A stretch of 63,055 nucleotides of DNA, counting the filler, from Reticulomyxa filosa (Eukaryota; Protista; Foraminifera): NCBI GenBank assembly GCA_000512085.1. It is 18 parts of 18 records of this genome, joined end to end, with 100 filler letters (N's around TTAATTAATTAA, not from the genome) between each part and the next. Parts side by side here need not be neighbours in the genome. Positions count along the whole stretch, not along the records: positions 61,831 to 63,055 come from ASPP01029591.1; 17 more parts are not named here. One strand, given 5' to 3'. Below are positions 61,831 to 63,055 of this stretch, one piece after another. A program made the translations under genes and the position numbers. The notes under the pieces are model-generated. The model was not told where the DNA came from, did not search any database, and was given only the letters and a program-made list of their open reading frames with translations. How positions within the stretch are numbered: position 1 is the first letter of the stretch; each line of letters starts with the position of its first letter.

Positions 61831-62720
61831 ATAGTGAAGCGAAGCAGAATAAAATCGATAATATTAGTACCAACTCGAGAGTTGGTGAATCAAGGGCTGA
61901 AGTTGTGAATGACATGATATTTTTTTGCAACCACATATTGTCATGTTATTCTTTGATCGGAATCGATAAAAAGGCTTGATATGGAAAAGCCTCGATTGCT
62001 GGAGCAGCCACAAATCATTGTATGCACCACTGCAAGGTAATTTTTTTTATTTTTAGACACATACATCAATGTGTACAAAATACCTTAAGAAAATACAAAA
62101 CAACAACAATAACAAACAGATTGGTCAGCCATTTGAAAGCAGGAAATCTGAGTTTGACAGTCATTGAAATAGTTGCAATTGACGAAGCCGATCTGGTAAT
62201 GGCTCATGAATTTGAATCGGACATTCGTGAAATCGCTTTGAACATGTCTTCGTCCCGAAAACATCAAATATTCGTTTGCAGCGCCACATTGAATCCTCAC
62301 ACCACTGCGCTTCAAAAGCACTTTTTGATGCATCATCCAACTGTTATTCAAATCGATCAAGTTTCGTTTGCAAAAATAAATAATTGACACACAAAAAGGG
62401 GGGGGGGAGGAAAAGTTATACGTATTATAAACACTTATATCTTTACAAGCAAATATAATAACTTAAACAACGATCCATAATAGACCGGATTTGATGAAAG
62501 TTAATTGAGTGAGTACTACCTCGAAGTATATGATGCCAATTATCAAAGGCAAAAGTATTATGTTTCTTCACAGTATTGATTTGTGTTATCATTTGAAATT
62601 ATTTTTGGAAAGGTTTTCAGTCCCTACCACTGTTTTAAACCTAATTTACCTTACAATTCCATACAATCAGTTCTTGACAAATTTAACTGTTGTTTATTCA
62701 CATATGCTATAAGCTATTTT
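61831..62720 (+). pseudogene. DDX56: DEAD-box helicase DDX56/Dbp9-like, frameshifted and truncated
   Basis: AIDEADLV, CSATL and IKGKSIMFLHSIDLCYHLKLFLERFSVPTTVLN are characteristic of DDX56. There is a frameshift near 62640 and the downstream motifs are lost. Confidence 0.65.
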
Positions 62721-63055
62721 GATTTTGTTATTGTAATTCATATGAAAAAAATAAGTAAAATAATACAGTTGCGACAAAAAAAAATTGCCAACCCTAAAAT
62801 ATGAACTTTTTGTGTTTCTAACGAAAATTTTAGTAAGAAATTATTATTTTTTCTGGTTTACTGGATATACGTTTACACTTTTATAAGTAGTTTGTAAAAA
62901 CAATAAATAAAAATTTATAATATTTGTTGGAAGAAAAAAATTTTCAAAAATGATTGGCAGGTGGTAGTTTTCCTGTTGTACTTGCTTTAGTTGCTGTCAC
63001 AATTTTCCATATAAACTTTTGTTTTTCAACATTCCAACAAGTTTTTTGTTTTTAT

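Noticed and set aside
1-63055. Alternative genetic code or stop-codon readthrough as an explanation of the fragmented ORFs
   Set aside because: Conserved genes (MDH, Sar1, SMC6, PDI) reconstruct with the standard code once short introns are removed, and long exons contain no in-frame stops.

Overview
This window is not one locus. It is 18 short contigs of an AT-rich, intron-rich eukaryotic draft genome, joined by 17 artificial 100-nt spacers (N44-TTAATTAATTAA-N44). Gene neighbourhood therefore only means something within a contig. The gene families (caspase-like+TPR, degenerate WD40 copies), the short introns rich in poly-A/T runs and the fragmentary assembly suggest a rhizarian/foraminiferan protist such as Reticulomyxa; this is an inference. 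Recognisable genes are cytosolic malate dehydrogenase, Sar1, SMC6, a cullin, a protein disulfide isomerase, a WDR62/MAPKBP1-like WD40 protein, two C2H2 zinc-finger genes, a giant CUB-like/RanBP2-ZnF/SPRY/UBA protein, and degenerate DDX56, actin, cNMP-binding and WD40 fragments. The most notable result is that six separate minus-strand ORFs at 9580-12242 join into one gene through four phase-compatible GT-AG introns and one homopolymer frameshift. That gene encodes Hsp70 nucleotide-binding domain + AIG1/GIMAP-like GTPase + Cys-rich region with a glycine zipper + coiled coil. It lies tail-to-tail with an intronless caspase-like/TPR gene, making it a candidate defence or cell-death module. Other notable points are a strong GTT bias at 5' splice sites, a 128-bp foldback next to a Harbinger-like remnant, and a dispersed AT-rich repeat family.
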